DNA from: Catajapyx aquilonaris
Lineage: Eukaryota
Reading direction: 5' to 3'
Assembly (NCBI GenBank): GCA_000934665.2
Contig: KZ538535.1
Span: 1 to 64,000 of the forward strand
Length of the DNA: 64,000 nt
Below the pieces are notes generated by a model. The model was not told the DNA's origin, did not search any database, and was given only the letters and a program-made list of their open reading frames with translations. Each line of letters begins with the position of its first letter. The first letter of the stretch is position 1. Made by a program: the position numbers and the translations under genes. Below, in pieces: positions 1-11,600 of the stretch.

Positions 1-378
1 ACAGGTGGTAAGGCCTCTTTGGCTAGTTACACCAGAAAATTCTATTTAAAAGTCAGAAGGAGCGATTAGGCAAAAATCGCTAAAGAGTGTATCTCAGACA
101 GTAATGAGGCTGCCCAGACATATGACTCCTATACTTAAATCGATCCTCTGGTGGCTAGGAAGGCAGTCATATACGTCGGGGCACTGAGTTCAGATACACC
201 CTGTATAGACTGGAAAATACTCTCAATAGCATAACGGCTGAGTGTAACAGATTTTCAGTGCTGTCACAGGTGCACACAGGACTGGTGGTCACCTATGAAA
301 TGATAGGCGTTGCGGGATATAGGGAACGAGGCAGAACAGACAGGCATGGGAAATATGTACTATCATGAGATCTTGGTA

Positions 379-520
379 CTATCGGGTTCAAATACTTTTG
401 GCCACTTTATCCTGGTCTTGAAGCAACCCTTCGCACAGACCCCATGTTAAGGAGGTGTGTGTGTGTGAAGGGTTGCTTCAAGACCATGATAAAGTGGCCA
501 AAAGTATTTGAACCCGATAG
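379..520. mobile_element. Foldback MITE, CTAT...ATAG family, copy 1
   Basis: Arms of about 55 bp are near-perfect inverted repeats (CTATCGGGTTCAAATACTTTTGGCCACTTTATC... / ...GATAAAGTGGCCAAAAGTATTTGAACCCGATAG). TA flanks at 377-378 and 521-522. Homologous copies lie at 21949 and 39894. Confidence 0.9.
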
Positions 521-927
521 TACTCTAGGAGTTAGAAAGATGACTTATCCAAATTCTTACCTCCTCTTCAGAATAGACCTGGTATTCATTCCAGAAAACC
601 ATATGAAAATGACAGCTGTGATAAAAAGGCTGGGTAGAAATGGCAAAACATCAGAAAAATTAATGTACTTCAGAATTTATTGTAACAATGAATACAGCAG
701 GGTTGGCAATAATCAATGATTATTTTAAAATAATCAAATAATCGGATTATTTTGATTATAATCAGATTATTTTGATTATAATCGGATTATTTTGATAATA
801 ATATTATTTGTAGTACAGCACTTTATTTCATTTTCTTGATCCCACCTGCTATTTGAAGAAAATCAAGAAATGTATGTCAATATTGTCAAACATATTACAA
901 TCCAAGGAAAGTGCATTATACAATATA

Positions 928-1376
928 CAGTCAATCCTCGTTTAACACGGATTCCGCTTACTTGGGAGCGACTAGCCGACTACACTATTCAGTAGTGTAC
1001 CTGTGTACGTACATACTTGTAAGTCTGTAACACTTACAGTATTATTGTACACTACTGTATCTGTATTACGCAGAAAGCAGTGCCTGATGTACTACCTCTG
1101 TGGCTCTGTCATGTTCTCATGTACTGATTATGATAATTAAACTGTATTTTACTACACATACAATAAGTCAAGAGTCAAGAGTTTTAAGTTTTAACTTTTT
1201 GACTGGTGAGTTTGTGATTATTGGTAGGATAAATGTATGACGAACCTGGTCCCCCAGGAACCTATCCCCCTATTTCCCAAGTCCCATAAGATTAAATGAT
1301 TAATGTAATCATGTTTCACTTTACACGAAGTCACGAACCTATCCGGCTATCCCCGATGTTAAACGAGGATTGACTG
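928..1376. mobile_element. Tc1/mariner-superfamily (pogo/Tigger-like) MITE nested in the hAT element
   Basis: Perfect 20-bp TIR CAGTCAATCCTCGTTTAACA and TA TSD (926-927, 1377-1378). Confidence 0.9.
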
Positions 1377-1452
1377 TATATGGTACTATAGTAGGATATT
1401 TTTTTAGCCTTTCAACATTTTCACTTCTTTAAATTATTGTTATTGTTGTTGC

Positions 1453-1453
<1 letters not shown>

Positions 1454-1509
<56 letters not shown>
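1454..1509. repeat. (ATT)n microsatellite
   Basis: Uninterrupted ATT run, inside the hAT element. Confidence 0.95.
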
Positions 1510-1740
1510 CAAGATTTTTCATTATTAATCAGTTGATTATAATCATGATTATAATCAATGATTATAATCATGCCAACCCTGGAATACAGTATGCAACATG
1601 AATGTCACACACAAATATTCTGGTTACATAATAATAAAGTCCCAACAATAATATAAATGATGTAATAGTAGTATAAGAGCACAAGTTTGCATGTCATATG
1701 AGAAAATACAGTAATATGCATGCAGGTAATACCGCATACC

Positions 1741-4700
1741 TTATGTGCTGTACAGCCTGTACAGCTTAAGACCCACTTTCATAAAAGGTTTCAAGTCTTT
1801 CAACTGTAGCTCCTTTGAATGGATAGTATAATGGTCCACTTCTCATCCCCTACACACTGGGCCGAAGGGGTTAATAGCTGAAAAATAGAGTAACTGTTAG
1901 GGTATGCTGACTGTGGAGTTTTGTATCCCATATGTTTCAGAAAACCATTACATCCATATCGTAGGATCACCCTATATGGATCGGGTAATGTGCAAACATT
2001 TTACTTGTGCAGTACGGTGTGCCACTTCCTCTTGTATTGGTGCATCTTGATGTGTCACAACTCCAACACTTCATTAGCTATTAATTTTAAGAAATAATGG
2101 ACATGCACCTTCAAGGAGCCTTCCAGTATTAGTTTGGGCAGTTCAGGACAGTGAACAGCTGTAAACCTAGATTTATTTCCCTGAGCTAAAGAATGAAAAT
2201 TCTGCTGAGAAGCAATGGATATCAACCTCTCCTTATGCATATTGTGTTCCAAGAATTGCATGAACAACTTATTAGCCTTTGTAATATATTGTAGCATCAT
2301 AGGTTTTTGCAGTCATGCATGACATGCATTACACTTGTGCACTGATAGGACCTTGCGACAAGTCCATCTAGCCATGTAATATCGTGCACTTGTATACAAG
2401 CTGTATACAGCTGTATTGGCATAATCATCTTACACATGACTGGGATGTAATGAAGGACTGTTACACAGATTCACTGCCATCTCCTCTGCTGTTAATATGA
2501 ATGTGCTCAGATCATACTCACAATTTTTGCATGAGCTCATACAGTTGAAAGGACTTGCAGCTGCTACCCTCTCTAATGAGCACCAAAACTCTGCAAGAGA
2601 AGGATTGAATCGAAAACCTCCCCTGCCAGGCATTTTGGCAAAGAGGTTTCAAGACAATCCTGGTTAAGGTTTCTTGTGCAGAGAAATGTCACATCATGGT
2701 TTATCCTTCAGCCATTATTCCGAAGCATGATCACTGCCTTAATGGCAGAATCTTAACCCCCCAACACACTGAATGTTTGCTGTAGTCCGAAACTGCCATT
2801 TTTCAATTTCAATGTATATGTCCATCAGAAACTGGGCACTTTTAGCCCTCTCTCTCCATGGGCACACGAGTTCCTTTTTGTCTCCCTAAGTCCCATTAAA
2901 TCAATCAAACAATTTGTCAATTCATAAGATACATTCGCTTGTGGCTTGGGCACCAGGCAACACAGGGTACTGTACTTGGCCAAGACACTATATGGCAGCA
3001 TCGACACTTGCTAAAATATTGAGCGGCTTAACACATTTTCATGTTTGTGAATGCTGGAGTGAATACATGCTAAAAGTTAATTATGGGCACAATTTACTTG
3101 GCAAGTCTTATTCAATATGATAAAGCTGAACTACATATGTGTTTCCAAGATAAATTAGCATCGTTCACAATCAGGTCACATTTCTGTAGGTTATTTTGGA
3201 TGGACTTTAGTAGGTGATGTGAATTAAACATTTTAAAAACCTTTTGGACTGCAATGTATGCCTATGGTTTTTCATGGGTCACTCCCATCCTGCTAAACAT
3301 GCCCCTAACTGTTGCCAGGCCCCTGGTCACCAATGACCAATTTCACAATTATACCAATTTTTCAAAGAGTTCTGCTCTGCATCTTTCTATAATTCTCTTT
3401 AATTTTAACCTTGTGGCACCATCCTGCACAGCGAAGTAGCACAATGGTTGCTTCCATCTACCACAGATGGACCACACCATAGCAACCAAGGCATTTCACC
3501 TTATCACGTTGACAGTCTTACCGAAGGTTAGTTTTCAATCCAACCTCATCCACACACAGAGTCACCAATCACTTCAAGGGGGCCATGCAAGGGGCCATGC
3601 TTACAACACCATGTTTTAGAGCCTCCAGCATTTCTTGACAGGCCTGGGTATAGCATGTGAGGCTTCATCCATTTAAGAAGAGTCCTTTCCGTGAGGAGTT
3701 TGAAAAGTTTTGCCCCACCGGCACCACAAGTTTAGCCTGTATTACAGTAGCCCAAATGCGTATCATTGGGCTACTGTAATACAGGCTAAACATCAAGTCC
3801 CTGTCTTCTTTTGTCCATCTCATCCACTTCTTACCCTTACTTGCCATCGTCAACTGCTTCCCTATGAAACTTCAACCAGCGGACACCAATCAAATTTTTG
3901 CACTTTTCAATGGCATGTGCCATAATGTCTACCTTGAACAAGTCCTTGGCTACTTTCTTCAGCTGCATCAACTGCTTTTGTAATCTGCTGGATGTTTTCT
4001 GGCGCAACCTCAGCTTCTTTCTCAGCTTCAATTTTCTCGGATTGTTTTATGTGGCGGGCAAGATCCTTGAATCAGCATTATTGCAGTTGGGGTCTTACAC
4101 TTCACATGATGGATCTGGAAAGGTAAACGTTATGAAAGTCTTTCACACACACACACACACATCACATAACATCATGGCATAATCCAATAAATGGGTCATG
4201 ATCCTACATATGAACCATTTACCTGTCAATTTCAAGCGTTTTCTTGCTGGTGGGGTGTTGAACTGGGGGGGACTAGAGTGATGGCCTTCTGACAGCATGT
4301 CACATTCTTCTGCATGGTCTAGATAGGGAAAATATTATAGTCACTCCAATGTTGTGAAATAATGCTTACACATATTGTATGAAAACTATTAACCTGTCAA
4401 TGTCAAATGTTTTGTTGTTGTTGGGGTGCCTTGCTCTGGACATTCTGCTGTATGGTCTGGGAACACAAGATTATCCGATCATATTAAGCAATGCAGACTT
4501 GTCACTTGTGGTATGTCAGTGACATATCCTAAGCACCCGGAAAGGTCACACAGTCTTGCACATGCAAAAGTCAATATCGCCACGCTTACGTTAAGTTAGT
4601 CAACGTATGTCATACTGGAGCGTGGTGGTTAGCAAGAGGGGGGATGGGGGGATGAGAAAATTCTACTTACCGAAAGTTTCCATGTACGTATGTTGCAGAA

Positions 4701-4945
4701 TCTTCCCATATTTGGTTATCTAGCCAGATCCTCGGTGAAGTGTTGCTCACAGAGTTGATAATATTATTACTCTTGCATATGGTACTGGATAGGCTCTGCT
4801 TGGGCCTTTCTCTTGGTGGTCTTCTCTCCCCGACCAGTTGCACCATTCCCGGAATAAATCCGGATCCTTCGGGAAACTGATAAAAAATAGTTTCCCAGGC
4901 ATTATTGCTCGGTGCATGGGGGTCCGGAGCGCACGTCGGTTGCAT
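1741..4945 (-). pseudogene. Decayed P-element-superfamily (THAP9-like) transposase gene with N-terminal THAP zinc finger and introns
   Basis: Manual minus-strand translation gives these motifs in order: THAP FYQFP-(K)DPDLFREW...LCEQHF (~4737-4895); RWTKEDRDLMFSLYYSSP; KLLTERTLLKW...YPG; LCVDEVGLKTNL (~3545); ALVAMV..ICGRWKQPLCYF (~3450); VIGDQGPGN (~3325); HLLKSIQNNL (~3205); RNLNQDCLE...GRGGFRFNP (~2650); NCEYD. There are many stops and frameshifts. The 3' boundary is approximate and I did not find TIRs. Confidence 0.85.
3730..3791. repeat. Perfect inverted repeat (26-bp arms, 10-nt loop) inside the transposase pseudogene
   Basis: GTTTAGCCTGTATTACAGTAGCCCAA-atgcgtatca-TTGGGCTACTGTAATACAGGCTAAAC. 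Confidence 0.95.
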
Positions 4946-5133
4946 CGTGTTACACAGTGGCAGCCATGTTGGTTTCAAAAACGGTCAGCTCAGCTGATGG
5001 CCCCACGCCCTCCCCACCTGCTCCCCACCCAGCCGTGTCCCCACCACTAAAAACTGCGGCGCGCGCAACTTCCTGGCGTATGACGTCAAGCTGAAGGTCA
5101 AGAGGTGCCTAAGAACAATCCTTGACATGTCAG

Positions 5134-5223
5134 CTCCTGGTAGCTCAGTGGAAAGAGCACCCGATTCGTAATATAATCAGCAACATGGTCAGGAGATGTC
5201 AGATCGAATCCGGGGCCGGGGGC
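5134..5223 (+). pseudogene. tRNA-like sequence (pseudo-tRNA or solo SINE head), CGT anticodon loop, with a 17-nt insertion
   Basis: Acceptor stem CTCCTGG/CCGGGGG. D arm and A box TAGCTCAGTGGAAAGAGC. Anticodon arm CCCGA-TTCGTAA...TCAGG. Degenerate B box AGATCGAATCC. An oligo-T run follows at ~5229. Confidence 0.6.
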
Positions 5224-7711
5224 TGACCTTTTTTTCTGCATTTATATTATTTACTGGGTCGTAGGGCAGGATAATGATCGATTAGGACATTAGTCTGGTA
5301 AATATTTAAATATTTAAATGGTTATAAATTATTTCGAGGACTGTTCAATACGTAGACGTAAGGTAAATGAATAAAATCTTGCTTCCTGTATTGAGTGTAT
5401 CAGATAATTGAATTACCGTACAGGTATATATTTGAAAGCTCGACTGCTTCTGCGCATATAAACCAGTGGGATTAATGCCGTTTAAAAATGCGTCTCAAGT
5501 AAAACTGGATATTAGCCTCCTCAGACCCGAAATAGTACTATTCAACGTACCGGTACATGTTCCAGATTTAATGTCTATGTATAATTTCGCACTGGGAACA
5601 AGAAACCATCCTACATACATTTCAAAGTTCTGCACCATTGCAATACATTGGGTCTTAGAACTTCTGATATACAGTAAAATGTGCTAGCAATACAAATCAA
5701 CTTTCATATCTCACCATTACTTATTCTGTGTGGTAAAGTGCGAAACAGTGGCGGAATACCTATTAACCTCGATTCTATGCACATGAATGTGCCTGTGTAT
5801 TCATGCACCGACAGCGGCACAGTCTGATTAAACCAATAGTTGACCTGAACTACCTATGACATTTGACCATCATTCTGAAGAACTCATCAGTGCGAAGACT
5901 GTGAGGACAGATTACTGGTGTGGATGACTCCCTTTGGTTATCCAATGATAGGAATGCTTGCACACACACGCGCTGGCTCCCCCACACACACACACACGCA
6001 CTGGCAGAGCACTCTGCCATTCAGAGCCTGGAGAATTCCTCTTCCCCTGTCCAAAACGACTTTGCACAAAGTGCATCCCGGAAAGGGGCGTCATGTAAAA
6101 TGGTCTGCGGCGTGAAGGCAAATCCTTTAAAGCCCTCTTCCTTCCTCCCTCCCTTCTTTCATCCTTCCCAGTCCTTCCTTCCTCCACATTTGCGATCCCA
6201 CCTTGCCATACCTATAGGCTAATGACCACCGAAAAACCTATCGAAAAGAAGGCACCCTCCACAATACTTCGCACTTTGCATTTTTCTGGACAGTGAGAAA
6301 CTGCACCAAGCCTCCAAAAATGCAGTAGATTAGTGCTGAATCGTTTATATGCTCCATGCAGTGAGTAAGGGCCCAAATGGCATCCGGGAATGAACACCAT
6401 TTCCATATTACAGGCGCCTGAGCGAACTCTGATGACCGTGTGATTCGCCTGCATGTCAACAGTGATTAATTAAAACTTTGTCAACAATGGTGTGCAAGGT
6501 GTGGTTGGGTAGGGAGGGGCCCTTTTCGACAGCAGGATTTCGAAAGAGGTCTGGCTTGTTGCCTTCCACTTCAAGGGCTATTTAAATGCAACATGCTACT
6601 GGTAGTCCAATTGACACTCTTGATTTAGAGAAACTGTTTTGCATTGGTCCAGCATAATTTTCCCACTTAAGTGAAGAAGGACAGGAATGGTAAACTGGTT
6701 ATTTTACTATGAAGGTCCTTACGTATTGAACTAGGAGCATAGTAACTTGTATAACCTAAGCAGTCCTGGTGCATTGTACTTGACTGGATATGTCCAGAGT
6801 GTATTCCGTATTACAGTGTATTGCACTGGCATGGTGATCCAGTTTTTCCTAAGTCACCCGAAACAATCTAGGATAACAGGTTGCTTTAATGTAAATGACA
6901 AGTAATATGGCTCATTCTCACCGCCGGAACAATCTACACATCATATTCATATTGTAATTAATATCATTTTGGCCATTACACATTCGACACTAACATTTTA
7001 CACATTTTGATATGTGCATAACTTGAACCCAAATGGGTCGGTACTGATTTATCAAATTCAACTACACAGAACCCATCGTTTGGGTATGACCAAACTGTTT
7101 TAAGAGCACACCAGTCATCAAATGCTGCCTACAAGCATAAACTGTGGTAAAAAAAAGTAATAACAGTTTGCTTACTGTGCACAAAGTGATACCAGAAAAA
7201 AACAGGGTTTGAGTGAAACTCCTGTGTTATTTGCCGAAGCAGGTCCCGAAAAAGCTAGCAAGTAACGAACCCGCCCATCCGCTCTTTTTGTCTGTCCAAA
7301 TAATCTGAACGAACGCAATGGACCAGTCAGCTATGAATTGGGTCGGCCAGAGCGCAAGGTATACAGAATCTCTAGATTGCATAAAAATGCACGCGGCGAT
7401 CTGTTGAGACCGGCCAACTTGTGTAATTGAATCCCCCAACTTTCTGAGCGATAAAAATGGAACAATATTGCATCCTCAAACGTGGGCGTTACTGGCATAC
7501 TTACGAGTGTGGGAATTTGCCCCAGAGCAACGCGGATACTGCTGCTTCCCTTTGCTTGGGGAAAAAAACTATTCTCCGTCGAACAGGTTCTCAAATCAGT
7601 TTTGCTCTCTTTTGATCAGAGTTGTATTTTTTTAAAAAGAAGAAGCTGGAGTTTCCTGTTGAAACTTTCAATTTAGCAAATGCCCAAAGTGTGATCCTAT
7701 ACTCTAATAAT

Positions 7712-7850
7712 CAAGGGGTTAACCACTTCGGTACTCCAGTGTCCACCTACGAGTGGTACTCCTCGGTACTCCTTAGGTACCTTACTCTTTGGTACTCCTT
7801 GGTATTTGGTACTCCAGTGTACACTTTACAGTCGAGTGGTTAACCCCTTG
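7712..7850. mobile_element. Short MITE (hAT- or P-like)
   Basis: Perfect 16-bp TIR CAAGGGGTTAACCACT. Flanks CTAATAAT/CTAATAAA (7 of 8 match as a TSD). Internal GGTACTCC repeats. Confidence 0.75.
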
Positions 7851-8614
7851 CTAATAAATTTGGTAAGTTGTCATTAACGTTATTGTGCCTATTTGCAATA
7901 ATAATAATGAATAATAATAATAATGTAATTTCAGAATAATTAGCCTTGAAGTATTAATCAAAGGCATGATGGGTCCCATACGTTGGCGAAATGAAATTAA
8001 TATATTGTGTATGTATATTATGGTGACCAAAAAGGAGACAGTTGGTATGCAAATAAAATAATAGGTGACAGTAGAATTCACTCAGCACAGAGGTTTCGTG
8101 ATTAGATGATGATTTGATCCGTGTTTTACAATAATTAATAGGCCTAACAATAAAAATATTATAAAACGATCACAAAATATTAGTGGGTCTGCTGCAGCTG
8201 TCTCTCAGACAATAATTTAAACAACAAGAACCTATCAAATGTATACTTAGGCTATAAATGCAGTAGAGTTATTAATCTTACGTAAACCAGATGTCAATTA
8301 CCTGTTTATACCAAATTAAATTGTCCCCAAAATTGTAATGGTTGCTATAAAATGACCTGGCAGGGTGCAAACATGACACAGTAATTTAGTCTAAAAGCAC
8401 TGTTTCATAAATAAATCTCGTTTGCACAAGCATGGACTTTCATCAGAGGAATAACATATCCTTTATTGCGAATTAATTCTGAATCCAGATCATGAAGCGG
8501 GGCACTTAGATAAAATTAGTGCGCCGCTCTAATGTTATGGTTTGGGGGGAGGGGGGGGTGTCACATCCGTAGGTTCTGGAATATACCTGGACCCAGCAAA
8601 GGATTTTCTCATTA

Positions 8615-8670
8615 GACAAGAGTTCGCGTGGGTTTTCTGGGGGTCCCGCCATTACTTCCCACTCTCCAGC
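8615..8670 (+). mobile_element. Degenerate fragment of a V-domain-like SINE core
   Basis: GTTCGCGTGGGTTTTCT...TTCCCACT matches the core of the intact SINE at ~53410-53452. Confidence 0.5.
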
Positions 8671-11600
8671 CTGGAAAATCTGCTGCCTCGAAAGATCTGG
8701 GCCATCCTAGTCTATCCCAAATTTGACACCATGAACCGTTCTTTGACGACGATTGATTTGAAAAGTACTTTTTTCTTAAGGATTCTCAGATGATTATTGT
8801 GCTCTTCTGGGCAGCCCCCTCCGTTTTAAAAAGAAGAAGAAAAGATCGACAATGCAAAAGTAATCGCTAAAGTTGATCCCTTGGCAATCAAATCAAGGCT
8901 GTAGGGGGTAAAACCCGAGCATCGTGAATGGGAGATCGGGGGTGATGAATCGATTCTTTCTCACCAGGCCAGAAAAGCCGCAGCCAGCAAGAAACGACAC
9001 GATCTCTTCTTTAATGAGCAAAGATTCCCTCCTAGATTTCGCTTAAAAAGCTCCAAACGGCCTTTTTACAGCTCTTCCTCATTTCCACGCTTCCCCCCCC
9101 CCNCCCCCACAGCTCCTCAACCCTGCTTCTTCCAATGCAGATTTTTTTCCTCGTCTTCTTCTTCTTCTTCTTCTTCTTTTTCCTCCCCCCTATATTCGTA
9201 CCACAAAGGAACATTAAGGGAGAATGATAATAACACTCCCTAGCCTTGTTATGAGGAACAAAGCTTCTCCCATAACAACAGTCGGACAGATATTTTCCCT
9301 GCTCATTTTCAGATATGAACGGATAATCCCTCAGTGGCAATTATTTTCCTAAAGGTTGTCATTTGATAGACATTTTGGAAGAATGGCCTCTATATTTCTT
9401 CCTTTGACACCTATTTTTTTAAAGTGATGCCCTGATGTCTGAAGTCCACCATTGTGGCTGAACCTTTATTTTTCACTTAATGGAGTATAATACAACGTGG
9501 GTTGATGCCACTGATATTATTGCACAGACATAATGTACAGTTTATGCTTGATTTTGAGCGAATTTGAGCAAATATGACCCCATAAAGGGAACTTGATGAT
9601 GGACCGTCAACGTTGCTTCAGTCCTGAAGGAAAAAAAGGCATTAAATGTATCAAAATGACTTTTCCCTACCACCAACACAATGCACGACCCGGAGGGGAA
9701 AGTGAAAAAAATTAAGTCCGCTTTAGTACCACGCTTAACGACCAGTCGAGGAGGAAATACGATTCTAATTTTATTCAGCATTAATACCGACGACTCATTT
9801 AATCAGGATTTTATTACGAGGTTGTGTTTCCTGATCGGATTTAATTACAGGCCAACGAAGCGATCTAAATCAAATCCCACACGGATTTTCATGCCAGTCA
9901 ATTGAATGGAAGGGAATTTGTTCGACTCGGGGGCGTGTTTCAAATCGACACCAGATTCCACTTATGCATGCCGATTCGGCGTGGAAATACTGCTCGTTCA
10001 TTATTTTGTCACTCCTTTGCTGATAAGGGAATCAGCCGTCTAACAGCTTCCATGAACATGACTGATGGCATCGTGCTGCTATCAGCTGATAAGAACAGGA
10101 AGAAAACTATATAAAAATTATCAAGTGATGACCCGAAATGCAGACTGACCATTTGACCTACTTTGATATGTGAAAGTTTGAAGTTAAAATTACCAAACCT
10201 TTGTGTTGAATAATTTTTAAGAACTTTAATATTGCTGTATACTGTACTTCTGAACTACATGTAATTGTAGACTACATTAATAACTATTGCATATCTCATA
10301 TTATCTACAGTACTATTGCGTGGATCGAAACCTTAAGATTTGGTGAGGGAGCAGTTCCTTTCCCGACCATACAATGTCCTTTGACATGAAACGCTATAGA
10401 GTCAGGCATAGGCTTCATGCCGTAGGCAGCCTATTACAGAGAGGAAAATAAGCGACTTGATCCTGCACTTTGTGATGCCAGAATGCAATTATGTATGGTG
10501 ATACTCTAGTTTATTCCAAGAAAAAAAATGGATATACCAGGTAGTCTCTTTTTGAAGTTCACCTGTGGCGACCTCATTTTGTTTGATCTCTGCAACTTCC
10601 CTTCTAACAAAATGACAAAATTACTCTTGCGGCCTTTTTGGAACGCGGAATCGATTTTATTAGAGTCTTCAATGGTGCTTTTCCGTGGCTTCTGCCCTGC
10701 TCCTATGACCATATGGCTGGTTGTGTGAGAGTTAAATCTGGTCCATATAATTCTTTTTGCATGCACAATGATCTACAAGTACCTGGAAATATTTGCGACA
10801 GTTTGAATTGTGTTGCTATAGCTTTATATCTTATATTATTTTCTAACTTGGATGTTTGTGGCAAAACAAACGTCTCTGTCGGTTTACATGTAAAACATGT
10901 CTTCCATTTTTGTTGTAATACCTTCATTACATTAAAGTAATCTAACTCTAGTGTTCATGTATCCCATGTTGAAACTGCACTTTGCTGCAGATTTCATGTT
11001 CAGTGCATGGATTTATTTGCATGTCTGCTTCACAACGTCAATTATCCTTCAATTACAGAGGTTCTCCATAATTATTATTAAGCCAGCTGCATTTAGCAAC
11101 ATTTTTTTTTGCATAATATTGAAGCTCTGATATTTTGAAATATAATGCGCATCTGCTGTCATCGCTTGTTAGATAGTTTTTCACAATTTACGTCAGGTAC
11201 TACTTGAGTTATTATAATCCCATCTGCCACCAACGAAAATATTTCTGTTAACATCTATATGTAATTGTATTTTTTTGCAATATTTTTGCAACACTCTAAT
11301 TATGCCCTAATGTGTTCTTATGAGAATGTATCTTTGGACCTGAGGATGCCTTCCATCAACAGTACACTTCCATAGGGGAAGTGGCTCTGATAGAACTTCC
11401 AGTAGTTACCTAGAAATTCTGCGCAACCCAATGCCAATTGTTGTGATTGAAATTACTCTTGAACAGCTGCTCTAGCATGTCACCTACCATACCGTGCCTC
11501 TTTTACTGTACATAGTAGTGCGAAATTACTGCCCGTAAGTAGCTATATCGGTGCCATCGTATTGCAGGCCTTGCGCAACATACCGTAGGCTAGCACACGA

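Larger units (their letters stand above)
698..1581. mobile_element. Non-autonomous hAT-like DNA transposon (MITE)
   Basis: TIR CAGGGTTGGCA / TGCCAACCCTG. Perfect 8-bp TSD GAATACAG (690-697 and 1582-1589). Subterminal ATAATC/GATTAT repeats at both ends. Confidence 0.9.

Noticed and set aside
175..207. Tc1/mariner-like end (CACCCTGTATA); similar solo ends at ~48181, ~57777 and ~60557
   Set aside because: No matching partner TIR found in the window, and too short to define an element.
444..719. ORFs overlapping the CTAT...ATAG MITE copies (also 21870-22185 and 40180-40559)
   Set aside because: The shared peptide strings come from the repeated palindromic DNA, not from a gene family.
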